27,090 nt of DNA from Candidatus Izemoplasmatales bacterium (GCA_028691335.1 JAQUZK010000001.1:1-27090); one strand, 5' to 3'. Positions 17,306 through 26,417 are shown, numbered from the stretch's first letter. The notes: generated by a model not told the origin, from the sequence alone. Made by a program: numbers and translations.

Positions 17306-18494
17306 AGTTTAATTCTTTTTTAGGTTTATGTTTCTTCTTTTGATTTAACTCTTTAAAGTACTTAGCGACTACTTTTATAGTACCTGCTATTGGAACCGCT
17401 AAGATTAAACCAACTAGTCCAAATACAGCTCCAAAGAATAGAAAACTAGATAAAACAGCTAAAGGATGAATTTGAACTTGTTTAGAAAAAGCTTTTGGTT
17501 GTATTATTGTACTTTCTAATAATTGTTCGATAATATTTAATACCAAAACCATAATAATTCCAATTATATAAACTAATCCTGGGTCAGTAGCTTCAAAATG
17601 AAGGGTCAAGAATAACATAATTGGCATTGCCATACTAATCCAAACACCAATGTATGGAAAGATGCTGAAAAGGCCCATAATCAACGCAAATAACAATGCG
17701 TGTAAAATACTAAATCCAGGAATGAAAAACGATAATATAACATAGCTCAAAGTAAAGAAAATTGTAATAAAGATTATTATCATTCCTTGTCCCACAAAAT
17801 ACCCTTTAATAACTTTATTACTGCCTATAGCTAAGTTTTTTAAATGTTCTTGTGATTTTTCAGGAAACACGTGAAGTATTCCATCAAAAATAACTAAGCG
17901 ATCTTTAACCATATAGTACAAGAATACAGGAGTTAAAATAAATGTAAATCCTATGCTTATCAAAGCACTAGCTCCTGATTTGATACTAGAAAATACTGTA
18001 CCAAATCCATTAAGAATAACTTCTGTAGTTAAACCATATTCTTCAAATTCGGCTACAACCGAAATTAAATTATTAAAATCGATACTTTTTTCAATCAATT
18101 GCATAATAGTATCAAAAAAGCTTCTCATAGTCTCGTTATCAAGAATATCTACAAGTTTAACAATCACTGTTATTAATTGTGTAATAATAAAAGTAAGAGT
18201 TATTGATAGTAAGCCTAAAACGAAAATCATTCCAATAACAATCGCAAAAATGATACTTATACTTCTTTTTATCTTCAACTTTTTTTCAAAAAAATCCGCT
18301 AGTGGCGCAATCAAATAACTCAAGAGAAAAGCAATAGAGAATGGGATTATGACACTTTTAGCCGCTTGAGAAATCACACCAAAAAATCCTGATGATATCT
18401 TTCCTAAAAAATATATTCCTATAACTGTAACACTTAGAATTGATACAATTAAAAGAATTCTAATCAATTGTTCTTTAGTTAATTTCTTTTTCAT
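17304..18494 (-). CDS. AI-2E family transporter (PerM/UPF0118)
   Basis: IPFSIAFLLSYLIAPL, FLYYMVKD, YFVGQ, FSIFPYIG, ESTIIQPK, IHPLAVL, GLVGLILAVP. Confidence 0.9.
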   Translation of the reverse strand: MKKKLTKEQLIRILLIVSILSVTVIGIYFLGKISSGFFGVISQAAKSVIIPFSIAFLLSYLIAPLADFFEKKLKIKRSISIIFAIVIGMIFVLGLLSITLTFIITQLITVIVKLVDILDNETMRSFFDTIMQLIEKSIDFNNLISVVAEFEEYGLTTEVILNGFGTVFSSIKSGASALISIGFTFILTPVFLYYMVKDRLVIFDGILHVFPEKSQEHLKNLAIGSNKVIKGYFVGQGMIIIFITIFFTLSYVILSFFIPGFSILHALLFALIMGLFSIFPYIGVWISMAMPIMLFLTLHFEATDPGLVYIIGIIMVLVLNIIEQLLESTIIQPKAFSKQVQIHPLAVLSSFLFFGAVFGLVGLILAVPIAGTIKVVAKYFKELNQKKKHKPKKELN

Positions 18495-18590
18495 ACTTAA
18501 ATCACCCTTTAATTTTCTTATAAATAATCACTTATAATTATACCATTTATATTTTTAAGATAATTTAAACTCCTAAAAAAAGTATTAATA

Positions 18591-20270
18591 TTATTTGATT
18601 TTCACAAAATCTTTTAAATTATCCGTATATATATATAATTCATCATTTGGCATATCACTCCACGTAAATATGCAAGATTCATAAACTTCTTGATTAACAT
18701 AAATAACAAAATCATCATTTATTTTAACATTTAATCGAGAATTAGAATCAACCATATTAGAGATATATATTATGAAACTTCCCGCATACATATCAGCTGG
18801 TTCTCCATCTTCTAATGCATAATATACTTTCTTTAACCCATGACATTGAAGAAAAGCTCCTGTATCAATTAATTTAAGTGAGCTTGGTAAGTAAAGTTCT
18901 TCAAGTTCAAAACAACATACAAAAGCTTTACTACCTATTTCTTCACAACCTTCATCTAAATAAAGTGTTTTAAACTTAGAGGCATAATAAAAACTATTTT
19001 GTTCAATAATTCTTGAAGATATCCTCAATGATTCTAAAGAAGAGTAATAAAAAGCATTTTCACTAATTATATCTGAATTAATTGTCGCATCAGTAATGCT
19101 TGAAAAACTAAAAGCATATGGATCAATTTGAATTATATTATTTGGAACAATTAAGTTAGAAAAACTTCTACCGGAAAAAGCATAACTACCGATAGATGAA
19201 AAAGCATCAAAATCACTGAAGTCGCTTGAACCAATGATAAGCTTTTTTTCTTCATTAATCTCTAATGCTAAAGCTTTATTTATCACATCATATTTAGATT
19301 CGCTTGCCACACTTAGGTTTTCAATAGAAGAGTTTCTAAAAGCTGCTGGATTTATATATGCTAAATTTCCAAAATCAATTGAAGAAAGATTAATACAATC
19401 GCCGAAAGAATCATCTTCAAAAGTTGTAGATACACCAATAAAAGTAATATGTTTAAGTTCAGTGTTGTCTTTAAAAGCTCCTCTTTTCACAAAAACATAA
19501 TCTTTAATTTCAAGATTTTCAAGACCTGTATTACTAAAACTAAGTTCTCCTATTTCTTCTAAAGAATCAGGTAAGTTTATTTCTTTAAGGTTAAAACAAT
19601 CAGAAAAAGCTTTATCTCCAATAATCTTTAAGTTATCAGGAAAAACAACACTAACTAAAGATGAACAGCTATGAAATATGCTTATTGGAATTTCAGAAAA
19701 ACCATTTTTAAATACTACCGATGTAACTGAAGTATTTCCAAAAGCAAATTCTTTGACTGTAACATTGTCTAATATTATATTCCCACTTAAATCAGTACTG
19801 AAAAACGCCCCTTCTCCAATGTAATTAATATCTTTGGGTAAACTGAAATTACTAGGATTATAAGCAAAAGCTTCCGCGCCGATATGTTGAATTGTTGAAG
19901 CTAAAGTAACTGTTTCAAGTTCTATTTCGTAAAAAGCTAAATCACCAATCTTTAAAATCCCTTCTTCAATAATTAATGATTTAATAGGTAAACTGTATTT
20001 ACCACCCCAAATACCTCTTTTCATTTGAAAAGAATGATCCTTAATGACTGTTACTGGTTTGTTTTTATGAGTTGAGGGAATAACTAAATTCTCTACGGAT
20101 AATCCAGAAAAACCATTCACTTGATATGTATCATCCTCTAACAATTCAAATTCAAGGTATTCATGAGGATTTGTGCTATCGCTATATTTTCTACCTAAGC
20201 ATGAGGAAAATGTTAAAGAAGCTATTAATATAAACAAAATCAGTATGTATTTAATTACCTTTTTCTTCAT
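18591..20270 (-). CDS. BspA-type leucine-rich repeat surface lipoprotein
   Basis: Signal ending FSSC; LVIPSTHKNKPVTVI; many L.lP.sL..IG..AF repeats (LRR_5). Start may be ATG 20270 or TTG 20276. Confidence 0.9.
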   Translation of the reverse strand: MKKKVIKYILILFILIASLTFSSCLGRKYSDSTNPHEYLEFELLEDDTYQVNGFSGLSVENLVIPSTHKNKPVTVIKDHSFQMKRGIWGGKYSLPIKSLIIEEGILKIGDLAFYEIELETVTLASTIQHIGAEAFAYNPSNFSLPKDINYIGEGAFFSTDLSGNIILDNVTVKEFAFGNTSVTSVVFKNGFSEIPISIFHSCSSLVSVVFPDNLKIIGDKAFSDCFNLKEINLPDSLEEIGELSFSNTGLENLEIKDYVFVKRGAFKDNTELKHITFIGVSTTFEDDSFGDCINLSSIDFGNLAYINPAAFRNSSIENLSVASESKYDVINKALALEINEEKKLIIGSSDFSDFDAFSSIGSYAFSGRSFSNLIVPNNIIQIDPYAFSFSSITDATINSDIISENAFYYSSLESLRISSRIIEQNSFYYASKFKTLYLDEGCEEIGSKAFVCCFELEELYLPSSLKLIDTGAFLQCHGLKKVYYALEDGEPADMYAGSFIIYISNMVDSNSRLNVKINDDFVIYVNQEVYESCIFTWSDMPNDELYIYTDNLKDFVKIK

Positions 20271-20396
20271 AATCAATCAAACCACCTATAAGAGTATTAT
20301 TTTATATAAATCAAAAAATATAAACATTAGATTCATTATATCAAAAACCTAAGTAAATGTAATTGTATTTTTAATAAATATAAAATTATCTAAATT

Positions 20397-20421
20397 AAAA
20401 AAAGCCATAAATGGCTTTTTT
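20397..20421. terminator. Intrinsic terminator after the small ORF
   Basis: AAAAAAGCCA-TAAA-TGGCTTTTTT. Confidence 0.8.
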
Positions 20422-20437
20422 CTCTAGTTTTTATATA

Positions 20438-20659
20438 TTAATTTTCGATTTGTCCATATTGATTTATAACAAAACAATTAATTAACTTATTGTTTATAAT
20501 TGTATTAGAAGCTTCTAAAACGGAATTGAATACTAAGGCTTTTCTTAAAAAGTCTGAAAAAAGTGGTTGACTAGTATTTGTCTCATTAGACAATAGTTCT
20601 TGTCCCGTGTAATACTTTTTCAAGAATCCATCCTTAGTGATAATGTAGAAGGCAGGCAT
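20438..20659 (-). CDS. Small hypothetical protein (73 aa)
   Basis: GAGGA RBS 5 nt before ATG 20659 (MPAFYII...), terminator directly downstream, fills an otherwise empty gap. Confidence 0.65.
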   Translation of the reverse strand: MPAFYIITKDGFLKKYYTGQELLSNETNTSQPLFSDFLRKALVFNSVLEASNTIINNKLINCFVINQYGQIEN

Positions 20660-20836
20660 ATATATCCTCATTTCTGTATGCTATCACATCTATTTTTGGA
20701 TTTTAAAATAAGAATTCAAGAAATAGTATATAAAAACTAGCTACATTTATATTATACCATAGCTATTATAAAAACCCTTGTCTTTATTTACAGTATTACT
20801 AGTATATGTAATTATTACTCAGTTTAATGGAAAAAA

Positions 20837-21748
20837 TTAAAAATTTTTGTCAATTAAATATATTGATATATTCACTTTAGGTTTGCCAAAATCATCTTCT
20901 TCTATATTTTTTACTTTACAGGTTATATATCCCGATTTAAACTCTATGAAATAATCAATCTCTTCTTCTACTTTTTCATTCACTTTGCCGAGTTCATTAT
21001 ATTGACTATCTAATAAAACATATCCCTCATATGAATCTTCTTCAACTATAAGAATATCATTGATTTCTAAATCTAACTGGGCATCTAATCGTTCTTCATA
21101 CTCTTCTTTATCATAATTATTGTAAATCTTTGTTTCAATAGTTTTCACTTTATTAGAATTATCTAAATCGATATATTTATAAAATGCAAGAGCTACTTCT
21201 ATCGACTTATTTTCTTCATCTACTTTATTAATAATCATTACTGGTTTATAATCCTTTGATTTAAAAAAATATTTTTTAACCATATCTCTGATATTACCTT
21301 TATAAAGATAACCAAGTAAAGACTTATCTTTATAAAGTGCTATTGTCTCTTCGTCATATTCGTTATTTGGCTCCTCATTGAAAATGAGGTTATCTTGATT
21401 TCCTGGTTTTATAACTGAAAAGTTTTGAGGTAAAGCTAAATCAATATTATATTTCCACTTTAAGATATAGCTATCAAAAAAAACAGGAAAAACATCTCTA
21501 TAGTCTTTTGACAAAGTATCCTGTTTAGTCTCCTCTTCAAGTTTTTTTGGTTTTGTCCATACATAGGCTACAATCAAAAAGATAATTGAAACTACGAAAA
21601 TAAAACTAAAAATAGTATTAATCGTTTCAAGTTCAGCTTTATTTGAGGTTGAGTAAAATACAATTAAAGAAATTGTAGTTATAGCAATTAAAGCATATTT
21701 GATGATATTTTGGGTTCCTTTTGGCAAATTTAAAAACTTCTTTTTCAT
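20837..21748 (-). CDS. Membrane-anchored HIRAN-domain protein
   Basis: Two N-terminal TM helices, then LIFNEEPNNEYDEETIALY...LLGYL (HIRAN core EP.N.YD..A/T...lGYl); GGAGG RBS 8 nt before ATG 21748. Confidence 0.75.
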   Translation of the reverse strand: MKKKFLNLPKGTQNIIKYALIAITTISLIVFYSTSNKAELETINTIFSFIFVVSIIFLIVAYVWTKPKKLEEETKQDTLSKDYRDVFPVFFDSYILKWKYNIDLALPQNFSVIKPGNQDNLIFNEEPNNEYDEETIALYKDKSLLGYLYKGNIRDMVKKYFFKSKDYKPVMIINKVDEENKSIEVALAFYKYIDLDNSNKVKTIETKIYNNYDKEEYEERLDAQLDLEINDILIVEEDSYEGYVLLDSQYNELGKVNEKVEEEIDYFIEFKSGYITCKVKNIEEDDFGKPKVNISIYLIDKNF

Positions 21749-21771
21749 TGTCATCTCCTCCATTTATTTTT

Positions 21772-21800
21772 ATTATAAACTAAAATTTTATTATTATCAA
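21772..21800 (-). promoter_or_regulatory. Promoter of the HIRAN gene
   Basis: TTGATA (21795-21800), 17-bp spacer, TATAAT (21772-21777). Confidence 0.7.
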
Positions 21801-21924
21801 ACTAAAGAGGTTTTAGTTCAAAAAAAGATAAATAAATAAGTTCTAGATGGTTTATTTAATTTGTTTTACGACTGTGCTATAATGTGTATAAAATCACAAA
21901 TTATATGAAGGGAAAGTGAATTAA

Positions 21925-24018
21925 ATGAATCTTACTTTGGCAATTGTTTTTAGTATTGTTATTTCTTTGGCTGCTTTTTTAATGGCCGGTTGGCTTTACT
22001 TGTGGATTAAAAAGCAAGATAGTAGTAATGTTAAAATTAAAACTATTAGCGATTTAATCAAGAGTGGGGCTAATACTTTTTTAAGAAAAGAATACACCAT
22101 ATTAGCTAAGTTCGCTGGTGTAGCTTTCATATTGATTTTAGTATTTTTACCAAAACCAATTTGGAATCAACCTGATTTTAATGCAATTTTAAGTAATAAT
22201 ATTGCGATGAGTTTAGCTTATGTCTTTGGTACAGTGTTCAGTGGAATGGCAGGAAAAATTGGTATTTTTGTAGCTACAATAGCTAACAAGAAAACTGCTG
22301 AAGCTGCCACAAGAGGTATCGCTCCAAGTTTCTTAAACGGTTTTAGAGGTGGAGCTGTAATGGGTATGGCTGTTGTTGGATCAAGTTTACTTGGAGTAGC
22401 TTTATTCTTCTGGATCACTGAAAATCCAACAATGCTTTTAGGGTTTAGTTTTGGAGCTTCATCATTAGCTTTATTCGCAAAAGCTGGTGGAGGCATTTAC
22501 ACAAAAACAGCTGATATTAGTGCTGATTTAGTTGGTAAAGTTGAGTTAGGAATTGCGGAAGATGATCCTAGAAATCCAGCAGTTATTGCGGATAATGTTG
22601 GCGATAATGTTGGTGATGTAGCCGGTATGGGAGCGGACCTTTTTGACTCTCATGTGGCTTCTTTAGCAGCCGCTTTAGTAATGGCTGCTTCAATTGATTC
22701 GGCTTCAAACTCTCATAATGTAGAGATGGTTTTCATCTTCGCTGCACTTGGTTTGTTATCCTCAATAATAGGTGTTGTTTTTGCTAAAATGGGAAAAAAA
22801 GAAAATCCTACCAGAGCACTTAATCTTAGCACTTATATTACAACTGGAATTTTTGCAGTATTAACTTTGTTAGCGACGTTTTTATTTAAGTTTGAATGGC
22901 GTTTATATATAGTCACTGTATTAGGATTATTAGTAGGCGTTATTATTGGTATTACTACTGACTATTTTACAAATGATGAAAAAACACCGGTAAGAAAAGT
23001 TGCTAAAGCAAGTGAGAGCGGACCTGCATTAACTATCATATCTGGTACATCTTATGGTTTCTTATCAGTTCTACCCGCTATGATAGGTATTGCGATTTCC
23101 GCTTTTATATCATACAAAATAGCCGCACCATTGGGTGATGGTTATGCTTTATTCGGAATATCAATTGCAGCTGTTGGTATGTTGTCAATCGTAGGAATGA
23201 TAATATCTAACGATGCTTATGGTCCTATTGTAGATAACGCTAGAGGATTAGCTGAAATGGGTGGATTAGGTGAAGATGTAATTAGAATTACTGATGAACT
23301 TGATTCAGCTGGTAATACTGTTAAAGCAGTTACTAAAGGCTTTGCGATAGCAGCTGCTGGTTTAACTGTTATTTCTCTATTAGCTGCATTTATAAGTGAG
23401 GTTAATGACGCAGCTATAGAACTAGGGGTAGCCGGTATTGAAGGTTTTGATATTATGAATCCAGCGGTATTTTTTGGATTATTAATAGGAGCTGCTGTGC
23501 CTGCAGTTTTCTCTAGTTTATTGATGCTAGGAGTAAATAAAAACGCTGAAAGAATGGTTGCGGAAATCCATAGACAATTTGACGAAATACCTGGTCTCAA
23601 AGAAGGTTTGGAAGGTGTTATGCCTGAATCAGATAAATGTATTGATATCGCAACTGAAGGTGCTCTTAAAGAACTTCTTCCAGCAGGGGCTTTTGCTATA
23701 ATAATCACTATAATCGTTGGCTTAATCGGTGGTGTTCACGCAATAGGTGGCTTCTTAGCTGGAAATATAGTTTCCGGTGTTCTCCTTGCATTGTTCATGT
23801 CTAATAGTGGTGGTTTATGGGATAACGGTAAAAAATACATCGAAGCCGGCCATCATGGCGGAAAAGGTTCAGACGCTCATAAAGCAGCTGTTGTTGGAGA
23901 CACAGTCGGTGATCCTTTCAAGGATACTGCTGGCCCATCAATCAACACTCAAATTACAGTTGTAAGTCTTGTAGCTTCTTTATTCGCAGTAATTTTCTTA
24001 ACATTCCATTTATTCTAA
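21925..24018 (+). CDS. hppA: Membrane-bound ion-translocating pyrophosphatase, K+-independent signature, atypical gate
   Basis: GGGIYTK.AD..ADLVGKVE, EDDPRNPAVIADNVGDNVGD, DAYGP..DN, GNTVKAVTKG, WDN.KKYIE, GDTVGDPFKDTAGPS; about 16 TM segments. Confidence 0.95.
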   Translation: MNLTLAIVFSIVISLAAFLMAGWLYLWIKKQDSSNVKIKTISDLIKSGANTFLRKEYTILAKFAGVAFILILVFLPKPIWNQPDFNAILSNNIAMSLAYVFGTVFSGMAGKIGIFVATIANKKTAEAATRGIAPSFLNGFRGGAVMGMAVVGSSLLGVALFFWITENPTMLLGFSFGASSLALFAKAGGGIYTKTADISADLVGKVELGIAEDDPRNPAVIADNVGDNVGDVAGMGADLFDSHVASLAAALVMAASIDSASNSHNVEMVFIFAALGLLSSIIGVVFAKMGKKENPTRALNLSTYITTGIFAVLTLLATFLFKFEWRLYIVTVLGLLVGVIIGITTDYFTNDEKTPVRKVAKASESGPALTIISGTSYGFLSVLPAMIGIAISAFISYKIAAPLGDGYALFGISIAAVGMLSIVGMIISNDAYGPIVDNARGLAEMGGLGEDVIRITDELDSAGNTVKAVTKGFAIAAAGLTVISLLAAFISEVNDAAIELGVAGIEGFDIMNPAVFFGLLIGAAVPAVFSSLLMLGVNKNAERMVAEIHRQFDEIPGLKEGLEGVMPESDKCIDIATEGALKELLPAGAFAIIITIIVGLIGGVHAIGGFLAGNIVSGVLLALFMSNSGGLWDNGKKYIEAGHHGGKGSDAHKAAVVGDTVGDPFKDTAGPSINTQITVVSLVASLFAVIFLTFHLF

Positions 24019-24042
24019 AAATAACAAAAATATAAAAGTTTT

Positions 24043-24076
24043 AAAACCGCTAATTATTTAAATTAGCGGTTTTTTT
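24043..24076 (+). terminator. Terminator of hppA overlapping the GNAT 3' end
   Basis: AAAACCGCTAATT...AATTAGCGGTTTT followed by a T run. Confidence 0.8.
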
Positions 24077-24781
24077 GTAAATGTATGAATTTTGTTCTAA
24101 ATCAGGAAAACTCCTCCAAGTAATTTTTTCAGTAGGTTTAAATCCTAGTTCTTCAAATATTTTTTTATTAAAACTATCTAATTCGTGGATTTCTACAATA
24201 AATGATTTTATTAAAAATAATTTTTCTAGATAACTCATAATGAATTTAGTTAGGTTTATTTTTAATTCTTGGTTGATATACTCTAGATCATGGATAACTA
24301 AATGTATTATCGCTTCTTTATTTTGAATATTATAACTAGTAACTCCTATAGGAACATTGTTCTTCTCAATAATAAATACATGTGATTTTGATGATATACG
24401 CTCTACTATGAATTTATGTGTATCTTTAAGAGTTGTTTGATAGCCACATGGAAAACCATGTCTTTTCATAACCGAAGTATCATTATGCCACTTATTTAGT
24501 AAATTACAGTCTTTTTTTGTGATAGTTCTCAGAATAAAGTCTTTTTCATTGATGTATATGTAATCACTAACTTGATTTTTCTTTAAATAACCAATTAACG
24601 CTAGATCATTTGTTTCAGTAGACAAAGAACCATCTTCTTCAACAATAACATCTGCCCACATATCATTTATTAAGACCACACTATAATCAGTTATATCTTC
24701 AATCGGTAAAAGGTATTCTTTAATAAGTTTTTTAGGAACACTTACTCTAGTTTTTTCATTATCATTAGAATAATCATCCAT
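24050..24781 (-). CDS. GNAT family N-acetyltransferase (RimJ/RimL-like) with N-terminal extension
   Basis: ILRTITKKDC.LL.KWHND, FIIEKNNVPIG, N...K.FE.LGF; about 75 extra N-terminal residues; start codon uncertain. Confidence 0.75.
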   Translation of the reverse strand: MDDYSNDNEKTRVSVPKKLIKEYLLPIEDITDYSVVLINDMWADVIVEEDGSLSTETNDLALIGYLKKNQVSDYIYINEKDFILRTITKKDCNLLNKWHNDTSVMKRHGFPCGYQTTLKDTHKFIVERISSKSHVFIIEKNNVPIGVTSYNIQNKEAIIHLVIHDLEYINQELKINLTKFIMSYLEKLFLIKSFIVEIHELDSFNKKIFEELGFKPTEKITWRSFPDLEQNSYIYKKTANLNN

Positions 24782-24830
24782 CTTCTTTATAATTTCCTTT
24801 CTAAAAAAATTATCGACTTCTTATAACAAA

Positions 24831-24859
24831 ATACTAGCACAGCCTAACTATATTTACAA
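24831..24859 (-). promoter_or_regulatory. Candidate promoter of the GNAT gene
   Basis: TTGTAA (24854-24859), 17-bp spacer, TAGTAT (24831-24836) with TGn extension. Confidence 0.5.
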
Positions 24860-24883
24860 GATATGAAGAAAAACTATTAGCTA

Positions 24884-26056
24884 TCATTGCGATTTTAAAT
24901 ATTTTTCAATACTTTCAACATCCTTATCGCCTCTACCAGAAAGATTAACTATAACACTTTTATCTTTTGGAAGTTTCTTAGCTAACTTCATTGCATAAGC
25001 CACTGCGTGAGCTGATTCTATAGCGGGGATTATTCCTTCTGTTTTTGATAAAACTTGAAAAGCTTCGACAGCTTCCCTATCAGATATAGCAAAATAGTTA
25101 ACTCGATTTGTTTCCTTTAAATATGCGTGTTCTGGGCCTACACCGGGATAATCTAACCCTGCACTAATAGAATAAACTTCTTTGATTCTATCATGTTCAT
25201 CTAGTAAAACTTTAGTTCTCATACCATGAATTACGCCTGTTCTTCCGAGGCTTAATGTAGCTGCGTTTTGGTTGGTCTGTAATCCTTTACCAGCTGCTTC
25301 AACTCCGATTAAATTTACACTTTGATCTTCTAAAAATTCATTAAAGAAGCCCATCGCATTCGATCCTCCACCAACACAAGCTACCAAATAATCTGGAAGT
25401 TTATTTTCTTTTTCAAAAAATTGTTGCTTCGTTTCTTCACCAATTATTTTTTGAAAATATTTAACAATAGTCGGGTATGGATGTGGACCAACTACACTTC
25501 CTAATAGATAAAAAGTATCATCGATCCTTTTTACCCATTCATCTATAGCTACATCTACTGCATCGGCTAAAGACTTAGAACCTTGATTAACTCCAGTAAC
25601 CTTAGCACCTAGCATTTCCATTTTGAAAACATTTAGCTTTTGTCTTTCAATATCTAAACTTCCTTGAAATATCTCACATTCCATACCAAACATAGCTGCG
25701 GCAGTAGCTGTGGCTACTCCATGTTGTCCAGCTCCAGTTTCGGCTATAATTTTCTTTTTACCCATTCTTTTAGCTAATAAAATTTGACCTATTGTGTTAT
25801 TAATCTTATGTGCTCCAGTATGATTCAAATCTTCTCTTTTTAAAAATATTTTCGCTCCACCGCATATATCACTTAGATTCTTTGCAAAATACAAAGATGA
25901 AGGTCTTCCTACATAATCTTTCAAATAATACAAATACTCATTTATAAACTCTGGATCTTTTATTGCATCCTGAAAAGCTTTTTCTAATTCATCCAATGCT
26001 TTTTTTACTTCTTCGGGTACGAACTGCCCGCCAAATTTCCCAAATTGAAATTTCAT
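24884..26056 (-). CDS. trpB: Tryptophan synthase beta chain (TrpB1 type)
   Basis: [25 protein letters not shown] (PLP Lys), [39 protein letters not shown]. Confidence 0.97.
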   Translation of the reverse strand: MKFQFGKFGGQFVPEEVKKALDELEKAFQDAIKDPEFINEYLYYLKDYVGRPSSLYFAKNLSDICGGAKIFLKREDLNHTGAHKINNTIGQILLAKRMGKKKIIAETGAGQHGVATATAAAMFGMECEIFQGSLDIERQKLNVFKMEMLGAKVTGVNQGSKSLADAVDVAIDEWVKRIDDTFYLLGSVVGPHPYPTIVKYFQKIIGEETKQQFFEKENKLPDYLVACVGGGSNAMGFFNEFLEDQSVNLIGVEAAGKGLQTNQNAATLSLGRTGVIHGMRTKVLLDEHDRIKEVYSISAGLDYPGVGPEHAYLKETNRVNYFAISDREAVEAFQVLSKTEGIIPAIESAHAVAYAMKLAKKLPKDKSVIVNLSGRGDKDVESIEKYLKSQ

Positions 26057-26140
26057 AATTTTTTTCTCCTTATATTATTTTGTTTTTTTAACTGACATTT
26101 TTTTTCTTCTCTTCAAGGTCCCATATTAATTATCTCCTAA

Positions 26141-26400
26141 ATAAAAAAAGCCCCTACAGAAAAATCTGTAGAGGACGATTTAAACTCGTGGTGCCACCTC
26201 ATATTCAGCTTTTAATTAAAAAAGCCCTTGTTCAAGTACAAAAAATATACTCTAGCTCTTGATAACGGAAGCTTCCGTGACGCCCTACTATTTTACTTCA
26301 AGCATCCTCTAACAAACCCATTCAGAAATAATCTTAGTTACTAGTTTTCACCAAACACTAGTTCTCTAAAAACAAAATTATCTCTTACTCACTTTTGTTT
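26141..26400 (-). ncRNA. T-box riboswitch, Trp-specific (specifier UGG)
   Basis: Minus strand: stem I AACAAA...TTTGTT with GAGTA, AGAGA and GGTGAA motifs; specifier GAA-TGG-G (26318-26320); T-box GAGGTGGCACCACG (26187-26200, UGGC fits G73); terminator CCTCTACAGA...TCTGTAGGGG-T run. Confidence 0.92.
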
Positions 26401-26417
26401 TAAACGATTTAAAAGAT

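Noticed and set aside
18900-20000. Periodic sequence similarity (aaaagc, ttcttc)
   Set aside because: Explained by BspA leucine-rich repeats; there is no repeat-spacer structure.
21800-21818. AACTAAA-GAGG-TTTTAGTT inverted repeat beside the HIRAN -35 box; also looked for a LexA GAAC-N4-GTTC box
   Set aside because: Short and AT-rich, so consistent with chance; no LexA box was seen near the HIRAN promoter.
17953-23965. ORF-track ORFs 17953-18318, 19234-19500, 22218-22496, 23217-23708 and 23777-23965
   Set aside because: Shadows or alternate frames of the AI-2E, BspA and hppA genes.
24881-24886. trpB ends TGA-TAG, which could suggest TGA=Trp (code 4)
   Set aside because: All long genes are full length under code 11 and the Trp codons checked are TGG; an AT-rich code-4 genome would show in-frame TGA.
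26335-26365. Two ACTAGT hexamers resembling the E. coli TrpR operator half-site near the TrpR-like gene
   Set aside because: They are the paired arms of the T-box stem I apical region (ACTAGTGTTTGGTGAAAACTAGT), which already explains them.
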